Of a stretch of DNA of 64,000 bases, positions 45,439 through 53,383 are shown piece after piece. The notes beneath the pieces are model-generated. The model was not told the DNA's origin. It saw nothing but the letters and a program-made list of their open reading frames with translations, and did not search any database. The stretch lies in NCBI GenBank assembly GCA_016285345.1, contig JAEEQN010000010.1:3465-67464 (forward strand). Direction: 5' to 3'. Made by a program: the position numbers and the translations under genes. Position 1 is the first letter of the stretch. Every line of letters starts with the position of its first letter. This DNA is from Victivallales bacterium (lineage in GTDB: Bacteria; Verrucomicrobiota; Lentisphaeria; Victivallales; UBA1829).

Positions 45439-45457
45439 TCCGGAACCGGGAGAACAG

Positions 45458-47023
45458 TCATTCCTCCGGGCGGATGATGCGGTAGGCTGGGAGGCCGGGG
45501 ACGTCGAACGCCTTCATGAGCGCGGCGGTCTCGGGGGCGGAGGGCTTGTCGGCGTGAATTTTCAGGAAGATCATGCCGTCCATGGCGGCCTTGACCGCAG
45601 GATCCTGGAAGGTGGAAAGCTCCATCGCCTTGCAGTTCTTGCACCAGGCGGCGGTGAAGTCGAGGAGGACGGGGCGGCCGGTGGCGGCGGATTCCTTCAG
45701 CGCGGCGTTGATCTCCGCGGTCGCTCCGGCGGATTCCTGCGCGGAGGCGATCCCGGCGGCTTCGGCGCGGCCGTCGGCGAAGAGGGTCCAGGCGGTCCAG
45801 CCGTAATACGCGGCGAGTCCGAGGATGAACACGCCGAGGAGCTGTTTCACGCGCATCATCCAGCGTCCGGGCTTCGGGAAAAGTCCGATTCCGGCGGCGG
45901 CGACGGGCCACGGGAGCGCCATGCCGAATCCGAGCGCGAACGGGAGGGCGAGTCCGTAATAATCGCCGTGCGCGACCATTTTCGCGGCCTGCACGAGCGC
46001 GGCGGCGAGGACCGGGGCGACGCACGCGCCCGCGAGCACGGCGGACAGCGCGCCCATCAGGAATATGCCGCCGAAGTGGGCGGATTCGGGCATGCGGACG
46101 GACGCGCCGAACCGGGAGAAGTCGATGACGAAGAGGTCGAACATGGCGAGCGCGAGCACGACGAAGATCACGGCGACGGCGGCGTTGAATATCCAGCTGG
46201 AGTCGATGCCGCCGAACGTGGTGCCCATCAGGACGGAGAGCACGCCGAGCAGGCCGTAGGTGATCATGATGCCCGCGCCGTACGCCATGCCGTGCCACAC
46301 GCGCGTGAGCTTGCCGTTGCCGGACGCCCGGCCCGCGCCGATCATGGCGAGGTTGACCGGAAGCAGGGGCAGCACGCAGGGGGTGAGGTTGAGCGCGATG
46401 CCGCCGAGGATCGCGAGCAGGAGCATCATCAGGAAGCCCTTGCCCGCGAACGTGAACGCGGAATACTTCGATTCGTCACCGGTGAGGAACCCGAGGAACT
46501 TTTCGGCGGGGAGATAGCCGTCGGCGGAACGCTCCAGTTTGAACGGCAGAAGCTCGACCGCGGCGGTTTCTTCAGTCTTGTCATCCTTCTTGACCTCGGT
46601 TTCAGCGGAAGACGTTGTTTCTGTTGTGGCTGAGGCCGCGCCGGGGACGGCGAGTTCGGCGGAGCCCGGCATGTAGCACATTTCGCCGACGCAGACTTGC
46701 CATTTGACTTTGAGTTTGCCTTCGACCGCGGCGGATTGAGGCAGGATCCAGGTGATGACGCCCGGCCCGACGTAGAACGAATCGAGTTCGCCGGTTACGG
46801 CGTCCTTTTCCTGTTTCGGGGCGGGGGCGGAGACCGGCGCGACGCCGTCGGGCAGGACGGGGCCGGTGGAGGCCTCGTAGGCGTGGGCGTTGTCCGGCAG
46901 GGTGAGCGAGAGCGCAAGGTCATTTCCCTGTGCGGCGAGCGTCCATGACTTTTCATCGACAGGCGCGGCGAAAAGTCCGGCGGCGAATGCGAAAAGGCAG
47001 AAGAGAACGGAGAAAAGTTTCAT
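45458..47023 (-). CDS. dsbD: thiol:disulfide interchange protein DsbD
   Basis: 521-aa ORF with a signal peptide, a central multi-TM DsbD core (LNLTPCVLPLLP) and a C-terminal thioredoxin domain (FTAAWCKNCK). Confidence 0.88.
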   Translation of the reverse strand: MKLFSVLFCLFAFAAGLFAAPVDEKSWTLAAQGNDLALSLTLPDNAHAYEASTGPVLPDGVAPVSAPAPKQEKDAVTGELDSFYVGPGVITWILPQSAAVEGKLKVKWQVCVGEMCYMPGSAELAVPGAASATTETTSSAETEVKKDDKTEETAAVELLPFKLERSADGYLPAEKFLGFLTGDESKYSAFTFAGKGFLMMLLLAILGGIALNLTPCVLPLLPVNLAMIGAGRASGNGKLTRVWHGMAYGAGIMITYGLLGVLSVLMGTTFGGIDSSWIFNAAVAVIFVVLALAMFDLFVIDFSRFGASVRMPESAHFGGIFLMGALSAVLAGACVAPVLAAALVQAAKMVAHGDYYGLALPFALGFGMALPWPVAAAGIGLFPKPGRWMMRVKQLLGVFILGLAAYYGWTAWTLFADGRAEAAGIASAQESAGATAEINAALKESAATGRPVLLDFTAAWCKNCKAMELSTFQDPAVKAAMDGMIFLKIHADKPSAPETAALMKAFDVPGLPAYRIIRPEE

Positions 47024-47041
47024 GGCAGGCGGTCTTTCAGG

Positions 47042-48676
47042 TCAAGGTTCATCGGTTGCGTCCGCATTGCCGGAAGCGTCGTCCGCGCCGGACAGCGGCA
47101 GATCAAGTTCATCGGACAGCGCGGGTGCATCGTCTGTTCCGGCATCGTCCGGTTCGGATTCCGTATCCGCGTCCTCGCCGATGAGGCGGACGGTGAGCGG
47201 ATCGGAGGAGAACTCGGGGGCGGTGAAGCGTTCGGGTATTTTCTGGTCCTTCTTCGCCGGAACGCCGAGCGCCTTGAGTTTTTCGGCGGACCCGAGGAGC
47301 CCCTGGCGTCCGCTGAGCGCCTTCACGGCGGCCTCGTATTTCTTTCCGGTCGATTCGAGCTGGCGGCCGACGTCGTCGAACACGGCGAAGAAGCGCTGGA
47401 CGCGCGCGAGCAGTGTCTCGGCGGTCTTCACGATCTCCTGCTGGTTGCGTTCCTGCGCCATGCGGTTCCACGCGACCTTGATGATGTAGAGGAGCGTCAT
47501 CAGGTTGAACGGGTTCACGATGAGGATGCGTTTCTCGAACGCGCGGTTCCAGAGGCCGGAATCGCCCTGGAGCGCGGCCTGATACGACGGGTCGTTCGGG
47601 ATGAACATGACAACGAAATCGACGGAATCGCCCTTGCGGAGGTAGGCGGAGTAGTCTTTCTTCACCAGCTCGTCGACGTGCGCCTGCACGCTGCGGATGT
47701 GGCGCTGGAGGGCGTCCTCGCGTTTCTTCGGGTCGTCGGCCGCAACGTAGTCCGTGTAGGCTGTGAGGCTGACCTTGCTGTCGATGACGACCGCCTTTCC
47801 GTCGGGGTAGTTCACGATCACGTCGGGGCGCATGATGTGGTCGGACGCGCTCTTCACGGTCTTGCCGGAATCGTCGCGAATGGTGTCCTGCGTGCGGTAG
47901 TGGACGCCCTTCACGAGGCCGGAATTGCGGAGGATGGTCTCGAGGATCATTTCGCCCCAGTCGCCCTGCGTCTTGCTCTGGCCCTTCAGCGCGTTCGCGA
48001 GGTTGTTCGCGTCCGTGCCGATCTTTTCGGTCATTTTGACCATGGACTCGTACTGATGCTTCAGGGATTCGTTGAGCTTGACGCCGTTCTCGCGGACGTC
48101 GTCCATGGATTTCTTGTAGACGGCGAGCTGTTCGCGGAGCGGGGAGAGGATGGCGGCGAGCTGTTCTTTGTTGGCGGTCTGGAGGTTTTCGGTGCGCTCC
48201 TTCAGGATGGTCTCGCTGAGGACCTTGAATTCCTGACGCAGATGCTCGGTGCGTTCCTTCGTGACCTTCTCCATCTGCGCCTGCGCCTCGCGCATGGCGG
48301 CCAGTTCGGATTCCGCCTTGCATTTTTCAGCATCGAGCAGAGCTGCGGCTTTTTGCTGTTCGGCCTCAAGCTCGGACGCGGCACGGCGCTTTTCCGCGTC
48401 GAGCGCGACGGCGGCCTGATTCCGTGCGGACGTGAGTTCCGCCTCATGCGCTTTTGCCGCATATTCGAGTTCGCGTTGCGAAGAAATTTTGAGCTGTTCG
48501 AGCGCGCTTTCCGCGCGGACCTTGTCGGCGACCGCCTGATCGAACGCGGCGGTACGGGCTTCGAGTTCGGCGATGCGCCCGGCATCGGTGCGCGATTTCG
48601 CCCTCATCCACAGGAAGAGGATGAATGCGCCGAGGATAAAACCGATGACTCCACCGATGACTGCATATAAAATCAT
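47042..48676 (-). CDS. rmuC: DNA recombination protein RmuC
   Basis: ATG at 48676 (MILYAVIGGVIGFILGAFILFLW, TM anchor). Long coiled coil. RmuC nuclease-like block VDFVVMFIPNDPSYQAAL. Acidic tail. Confidence 0.85.
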   Translation of the reverse strand: MILYAVIGGVIGFILGAFILFLWMRAKSRTDAGRIAELEARTAAFDQAVADKVRAESALEQLKISSQRELEYAAKAHEAELTSARNQAAVALDAEKRRAASELEAEQQKAAALLDAEKCKAESELAAMREAQAQMEKVTKERTEHLRQEFKVLSETILKERTENLQTANKEQLAAILSPLREQLAVYKKSMDDVRENGVKLNESLKHQYESMVKMTEKIGTDANNLANALKGQSKTQGDWGEMILETILRNSGLVKGVHYRTQDTIRDDSGKTVKSASDHIMRPDVIVNYPDGKAVVIDSKVSLTAYTDYVAADDPKKREDALQRHIRSVQAHVDELVKKDYSAYLRKGDSVDFVVMFIPNDPSYQAALQGDSGLWNRAFEKRILIVNPFNLMTLLYIIKVAWNRMAQERNQQEIVKTAETLLARVQRFFAVFDDVGRQLESTGKKYEAAVKALSGRQGLLGSAEKLKALGVPAKKDQKIPERFTAPEFSSDPLTVRLIGEDADTESEPDDAGTDDAPALSDELDLPLSGADDASGNADATDEP

Positions 48677-48707
48677 AGAAAAAAACCTTTCAAAAAAAGC
48701 TGGAAAC

Positions 48708-49256
48708 TCAATCGAAACTGACGACCGGATCCGCCCGGAGCGAACGGAATCGCCATTCCCCGTCCTCATAGACCATTTCGGCGGAGATCAGGCGGCCTTC
48801 GCGGAAGAAATCGCCGTTCTGCGTCGTGCCGGTCGCCATCGCGGAGCATTTGACCGAGGCGGATTCGTGTTTGTCGTCCGTGAACTCGACCTCGATCTCG
48901 TCGAGGCTGACCGAGAGCGAGGTGATCAGCGGGCGCAGCAGGAAATACGAGGAAATGACCTGCGCACGCGTTTCGGCGGACAGGGTGTAGGTCTGGCCGC
49001 GCGACTCGCCGGAGATGCTGACGTCGGTCTCTGTTGTGAAGAATTCGCCGAGCGCATGCGCCGCGCCTGCCGCCTGAAGATTGATGCCGGAGCCTTTCGG
49101 CTGTTTTTCGGCGAACTCGACGGCTTCGCGGAGACGTCTTTTAACCGCGGTGGTCTCGTCCGTGCGGAAATAGAAGAACCAGACGGCGGCCGCCGTGGCG
49201 AAAACGACCGCGGCAAGCGCGAACCATTTTTGCTTACTGAGGTGGAACCCGGCCAT
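48708..49256 (-). CDS. hypothetical membrane-anchored protein (182 aa)
   Basis: One N-terminal TM helix (WFALAAVVFATAAAVWFFYF), window-typical codon usage, and position in a co-directional gene string. Confidence 0.55.
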   Translation of the reverse strand: MAGFHLSKQKWFALAAVVFATAAAVWFFYFRTDETTAVKRRLREAVEFAEKQPKGSGINLQAAGAAHALGEFFTTETDVSISGESRGQTYTLSAETRAQVISSYFLLRPLITSLSVSLDEIEVEFTDDKHESASVKCSAMATGTTQNGDFFREGRLISAEMVYEDGEWRFRSLRADPVVSFD

Positions 49257-49263
49257 GACGCGC

Positions 49264-49791
49264 TCACCAGATGGGGACGCCGGCGAGGCGGCTCTGGTCG
49301 ATCATGCCGCCCAGGTGGTTCTGCATGGGCATGGAACGGTTGTCGCCGAGGACGAATATCTTGCCTTTCGGCACCTCGCGTTTGGACATGTGCCAGTTGC
49401 ACCCGTTTTTCACGTACGGCTCGTCAAGAGCCTTGCCGTTCACGTACAGGACGCCATTGCGGATCTCGACCGTTTCGCCGGAGAACGCGAGCACACGTTT
49501 GAGTAGGAAGGTGTTGAATCCGGCATGCTTGAGGATGACGATCTGATGCCGTTGCGGAGCATAGAGCTTGAAATAGGGCAGGAACGCGAACGTGAAGCCG
49601 CGGCTGGAATAGGTCGGCATCATGCTTTCGCCGTTGATGACCATCGGGCGGAGGACGAAAAGACAGACGAGGACGGTCGCGGCGGCGATCACGCCGATGC
49701 GGATGCAGATCATCCGCCAATCCTTCTTTTTCGGCGGACGTACGAATGTACTGGACTCCTCCTGCGGAGCCTCTTCCTTTTTCTCGGTCAT
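49264..49791 (-). CDS. lepB: signal peptidase I
   Basis: GESMMPTY (Ser nucleophile), LLKRVLAFSGETVEI (Lys), GDNRSMP blocks. Confidence 0.88.
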   Translation of the reverse strand: MTEKKEEAPQEESSTFVRPPKKKDWRMICIRIGVIAAATVLVCLFVLRPMVINGESMMPTYSSRGFTFAFLPYFKLYAPQRHQIVILKHAGFNTFLLKRVLAFSGETVEIRNGVLYVNGKALDEPYVKNGCNWHMSKREVPKGKIFVLGDNRSMPMQNHLGGMIDQSRLAGVPIW

Positions 49792-50474
49792 TCGGACGTG
49801 TCCTCCCCGAAATGCGAGAAATGCTCCGTAAAGGCCGCGAATGCGCGTTCGTAGCGTTCCTTCGCGACTTTCGGCAAGGCGTTCCGGCAGTCCGAACGTA
49901 TCTTGTCGAGCGCGGGCGAGTCGAGCGAGAGGCTGTCGAGCGCGAACTGACGGATGCGGCCTTCCGAAGCCGTGAAGACGGCCTCCGCATCGGCGAGCGT
50001 GTCCTGGAATTGGGCGGGGAAGAGGGGAGATGGAAACCAGCGGGCATCAGCGGCGAGTTCGACGCCGGAGCGCGCGGCCATCGCGATCTGCATCACAAGA
50101 CGGAGCAGGAACCGCACGAAGGCGAGATAGACGGAGACATCGAGCGGGATTTCCTCCGCTTTCTCGAAAACATGGTGGATGGAGGCGAGATTCTCCTCCG
50201 ATTCCTGCAGGAGCGTCCGCACCACGCGCCAGTATTCGAGGCGGACCATGGGCCCGGGCGCGGAGTCGCCGGGCGGCGTCGATTCCTGGATCAGACGGAC
50301 CGCCCGGTCGAACGATGCATCGGCACGCGCCAGCCACGGCGGGACATTGATCGCGGAGAGGGAACCGAATTCCTTCGCGCTGTCGTCGCCGAAACCGTCA
50401 GGAGAGGTCATCCGGAGCATGTTGCGCCGGACTTTCTCCAGACGTTGACTGCCGCTGCCTTTTGCGTCAGGCAT
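49788..50474 (-). CDS. hypothetical protein (228 aa)
   Basis: Protein-like composition. A 4-nt overlap with the lepB start suggests translational coupling. No family recognised. Confidence 0.5.
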   Translation of the reverse strand: MPDAKGSGSQRLEKVRRNMLRMTSPDGFGDDSAKEFGSLSAINVPPWLARADASFDRAVRLIQESTPPGDSAPGPMVRLEYWRVVRTLLQESEENLASIHHVFEKAEEIPLDVSVYLAFVRFLLRLVMQIAMAARSGVELAADARWFPSPLFPAQFQDTLADAEAVFTASEGRIRQFALDSLSLDSPALDKIRSDCRNALPKVAKERYERAFAAFTEHFSHFGEDTSE

Positions 50475-50495
50475 AGGAGAGCAGACCTCCCCGGA

Positions 50496-50891
50496 TCACT
50501 TCAGGACGGTGCCGGAGACCTGGATGTCGCGGTAGAAGAAGAAAACGGTGGGGAGGAGCCAGCCGGTGGTGCGTTCGCTGGTGACGTCGACGATGGTGCT
50601 GGCGTTGAGCTTCTTCTGGGTGTTGTGGGTGAGGAACGAGATGGCGTTGCTGGTGTCGACGGTGTCGCTGAAGACGACGCACTTGCCGGGTTCGACGGAG
50701 CTGCCGGAAATCACGGGCAGGCCGAAGACGTACACGCCCCAGATGTCGGCGTTCACATGGCCGAGGGTCTCGGCTTCGCCGGTCGAGAACTTCACGTTGT
50801 TGGTGTTCGTGGCCATTTCGAAGGAGGAGCAGGCGGAGAGAGCGAACGCGGCGACGGCGCAGGCTGCGAGGCAGGCAAGTTTTTTCATCAT
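50496..50891 (-). CDS. small lipoprotein (131 aa)
   Basis: MMKKLACLAACAVAAFALSAC signal peptide with lipobox. No family recognised. Confidence 0.6.
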   Translation of the reverse strand: MMKKLACLAACAVAAFALSACSSFEMATNTNNVKFSTGEAETLGHVNADIWGVYVFGLPVISGSSVEPGKCVVFSDTVDTSNAISFLTHNTQKKLNASTIVDVTSERTTGWLLPTVFFFYRDIQVSGTVLK

Positions 50892-51110
50892 GATGAGAAA
50901 TCCTTGTTTTTAAGGTTTGTTTTCAGGTTGTATGTGAAAAATGATATTCTTTCACTATACTTTACCTTAAACGGCGGAAAAATCAAGGCGGAATCCCGGA
51001 CTTTCCGATGTTTTTTTCCCGATTTTACAGAAATAAGGGTGCAAGTTTACAGTTTTAAGGTTCAAAAAGTATAAAATCCGAAAAAAGGGGATGATACGGG
51101 ATTTTTCGAG

Positions 51111-51139
51111 TTGATTTTGCACGCGGGATGCGCTATATT
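51111..51139 (+). promoter_or_regulatory. sigma70-like promoter
   Basis: TTGATT (51111-51116), 17 nt spacer, TATATT (51134-51139), 49 nt before the ATG at 51188. Confidence 0.5.
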
Positions 51140-51187
51140 ATAAGGATTGTTTTAAAACGCCAACACTTTTTCAGGACATATTGCACC

Positions 51188-52003
51188 ATGGCCAACAAAA
51201 ACAAGAAGAAAATCGAATCCTTCGAACAGCTCGCCGCCGCCCAGCAGCACAAGCGCCCCGCCGCTCCGCAGGAGGAACCCGCCATTTCCACGATGCTGGA
51301 CGAATTTGAAATGTGGATGGCCGTGAACTGGAAGAAGGCCATCATCGGCGTCTGCGCGTTCGCCGTGCTCGTTTCCGTCATCATCATCATCCAGGGCGCG
51401 ATCCAGCGCGCCGAACTCGCCGCCCGCAGCGAACTCGCCAACGCAGGCAGCATCGCCGAACTCGAAGCCGCCATCGCGAAGCATCCGGGCAATAAGGCCG
51501 CGGACTTCGCGCGTCTCCGTCTCGCCGGCGAACTCATCGCCGCGAACCAGCCCGGCGACATGGAAAAGGCGCGCGAACAGCTCCTCGCCGTCGCCTCCTC
51601 CTCCAAATCCGAAACGTTCATCAAGATGCGGTCCGCGCTCGACGCCGCCTACCTCCTCGAACAGCTCGGCAAGAAGGAAGACGCCGCGACCGAGTTCGAG
51701 CGCATCGCCGGACTCGCCCAGACCCCGCGCGACCTCGGCGTGGAAGCGGCCTACTCCGCCGCGCGCATCTTCTCCGGCCTCGACCAGATGATGAAGGCCG
51801 ACGCCGCGCTGAAGAAAATCAACTTCACGGCCGCTGCCGCCGACTCCTCCGCCGTCTACGGCTACTGGGCCTCCCTCGCCAGGCAGCTCGACGAGCAGAT
51901 CCATCCGAAGACCGCGTCCGCAGCCGCTCCGGCCGAAGCCAAACCCGCCGAAGCCAAGCCTGCCGACGCTCCCGCGGCCGCGGCTGAAACGCCCGCCGCA
52001 TAA
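51188..52003 (+). CDS. membrane-anchored TPR-like (YfgM-like) protein
   Basis: ATG at 51188 (MANKNKKK...). One TM helix (AIIGVCAFAVLVSVIIII), an Ala-rich helical repeat region, and a C-terminal AEAKPAEAKPA tail. Confidence 0.6.
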   Translation: MANKNKKKIESFEQLAAAQQHKRPAAPQEEPAISTMLDEFEMWMAVNWKKAIIGVCAFAVLVSVIIIIQGAIQRAELAARSELANAGSIAELEAAIAKHPGNKAADFARLRLAGELIAANQPGDMEKAREQLLAVASSSKSETFIKMRSALDAAYLLEQLGKKEDAATEFERIAGLAQTPRDLGVEAAYSAARIFSGLDQMMKADAALKKINFTAAAADSSAVYGYWASLARQLDEQIHPKTASAAAPAEAKPAEAKPADAPAAAAETPAA

Positions 52004-52021
52004 GCAACGGGGCTTCCTCGG

Positions 52022-52798
52022 ATGTCCGAATCCGGCGGCCTCACCAGACGCACCGAATCGCTGCTCCGCGCGCTCCGCACGCGCCACGGCCGCCGCGATT
52101 CCGAATACTGTTTCTGCGACGGTCTCCGCGCCTCCCGTGAAGTCGTCACGCTCGCCCCGGACCTCGTCGAACTCGTCATCCTCCGCGAAGGCACCGCCCG
52201 GCCCTTCCCCTCGCCCGTCGAACCGGTCATTTTACCTCAATCCGAATTCGACCGCATCGCGCCCACGGTTCATTCGCAGGGCATTCTCGTGCTGTCGCGC
52301 CGCCCGGCGCCCGTCCCGGTGGACGCGCCCATGGCCGATCCCTTCGCGCTCGTGCTCGACCGCGTCGGCGACCCCGGCAATTTCGGCACCATCCTGCGCA
52401 CGGCGCGCGCCGTGGGGCTGCACGAAGTCTGGCTCACGCGCGGCACCGCCGACCCGTTTTCCGACAAAGTCGTCCGGTCCGCGTCCGGCGCACAGTTCTC
52501 CCTCAAAATCCGGTACGGCGGCGACCTGACAGAACTCGCGTCTGACCTCCGCAAACTCGGCGTGAAGACATGCTACCGGACGCTTCCGGCGAGCGGCGGC
52601 AACGTCTTTCTGGAACCGGACCTCTTCGACCGCAGCGCGATCATCCTCGGCTGCGAGGCGACAGGCGTGGCAGAACTCGAAAACTCGCGCGGACTGAACA
52701 TCCCGATGCCCGGCGACGCGGAATCCCTGAACGTGGCCCAGGCCGCCACGGTCATCCTTTTCGAGTACGTCCGCCGCGGAGGACAAGTCCTCCACTGA
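52022..52798 (+). CDS. TrmH/SpoU-family RNA 2'-O-methyltransferase (RlmB-like)
   Basis: LVLDRVGDPGNFGTILRTARAVG, ILGCEATG and ESLNVAQAATVILFE motifs. Confidence 0.85.
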   Translation: MSESGGLTRRTESLLRALRTRHGRRDSEYCFCDGLRASREVVTLAPDLVELVILREGTARPFPSPVEPVILPQSEFDRIAPTVHSQGILVLSRRPAPVPVDAPMADPFALVLDRVGDPGNFGTILRTARAVGLHEVWLTRGTADPFSDKVVRSASGAQFSLKIRYGGDLTELASDLRKLGVKTCYRTLPASGGNVFLEPDLFDRSAIILGCEATGVAELENSRGLNIPMPGDAESLNVAQAATVILFEYVRRGGQVLH

Positions 52799-52824
52799 GG
52801 TAGTGCCCGGCTACGCTCGGGCAC
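52778..52824 (+). repeat. REP-like composite element overlapping the 3' end and stop codon of the methyltransferase gene
   Basis: GGAGGACAAGTCCTCC (52778-52793), then ACTGAGGTA (contains the TGA stop), then GTGCCCGGCTACGCTCGGGCAC (52803-52824). The B hairpin is identical to that at 26514. Confidence 0.8.
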
Positions 52825-52859
52825 ATGTTCAATCTTTCTCCCCTTTTTCTAATCTGCCG

Positions 52860-53366
52860 TTACGCCTGAAACTCGTTCAGCGCGCGCTGATACGCCTCCA
52901 GCACGTTTTCGGAAAACGCGCAGAAGATGACCTCTTCCGGCAGTTTCCCCGCCCATGTGCCGACCGCGTCCACTGCGATCTTTACCGCCGCTTCGAGCGG
53001 GTAACGGTACACGCCAATGCTGATGCCGGGAAATGCCACCGTGCGGCAGTCATTTTCCTCCGCCAGCGCCAGCGAGTTCAGGTAGCACGAACGCAGCAGG
53101 TCCGGTTCGCCGTGCGTGCCGCCGCGCCAGACCGGGCCGGGCGTGTGGATCACATAGCGCGCAGGCAGATCGAATCCGGGCGTGATGCGCGCTTCGCCTG
53201 TGTTGCAGCCGCCGAATTTGAGGCAGGCTTCGTAGAGCTGACGCCCCGCGGCGCGGTGAATGGCGCCGTCGACGCCGCCTCCGCCGAGCAGGGAACAATT
53301 CGCGGCGTTGACGATCGCGTCGACGCGGAGCTTCGTGATGTCGTTCAGGACCGCGGTCATTTTCAT
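52860..53366 (-). CDS. macro-domain protein (O-acetyl-ADP-ribose deacetylase, YmdB-like)
   Basis: [45 protein letters not shown]. The ATG at 53366 follows GAGGAGG. The track start at 53387 is a TTG. Confidence 0.88.
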   Translation of the reverse strand: MKMTAVLNDITKLRVDAIVNAANCSLLGGGGVDGAIHRAAGRQLYEACLKFGGCNTGEARITPGFDLPARYVIHTPGPVWRGGTHGEPDLLRSCYLNSLALAEENDCRTVAFPGISIGVYRYPLEAAVKIAVDAVGTWAGKLPEEVIFCAFSENVLEAYQRALNEFQA

Positions 53367-53383
53367 GGTTCTTACCTCCTCAA

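Larger units (their letters stand above)
41935..45440. other. AT-rich genomic island 2 (GmrSD-type restriction enzyme plus small unknown ORFs), approximate borders
   Basis: Visible GC drop between the esterase start (41914) and the dsbD stop (45458). There are two short GC-richer patches inside. No integrase or transposase. Confidence 0.7.
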
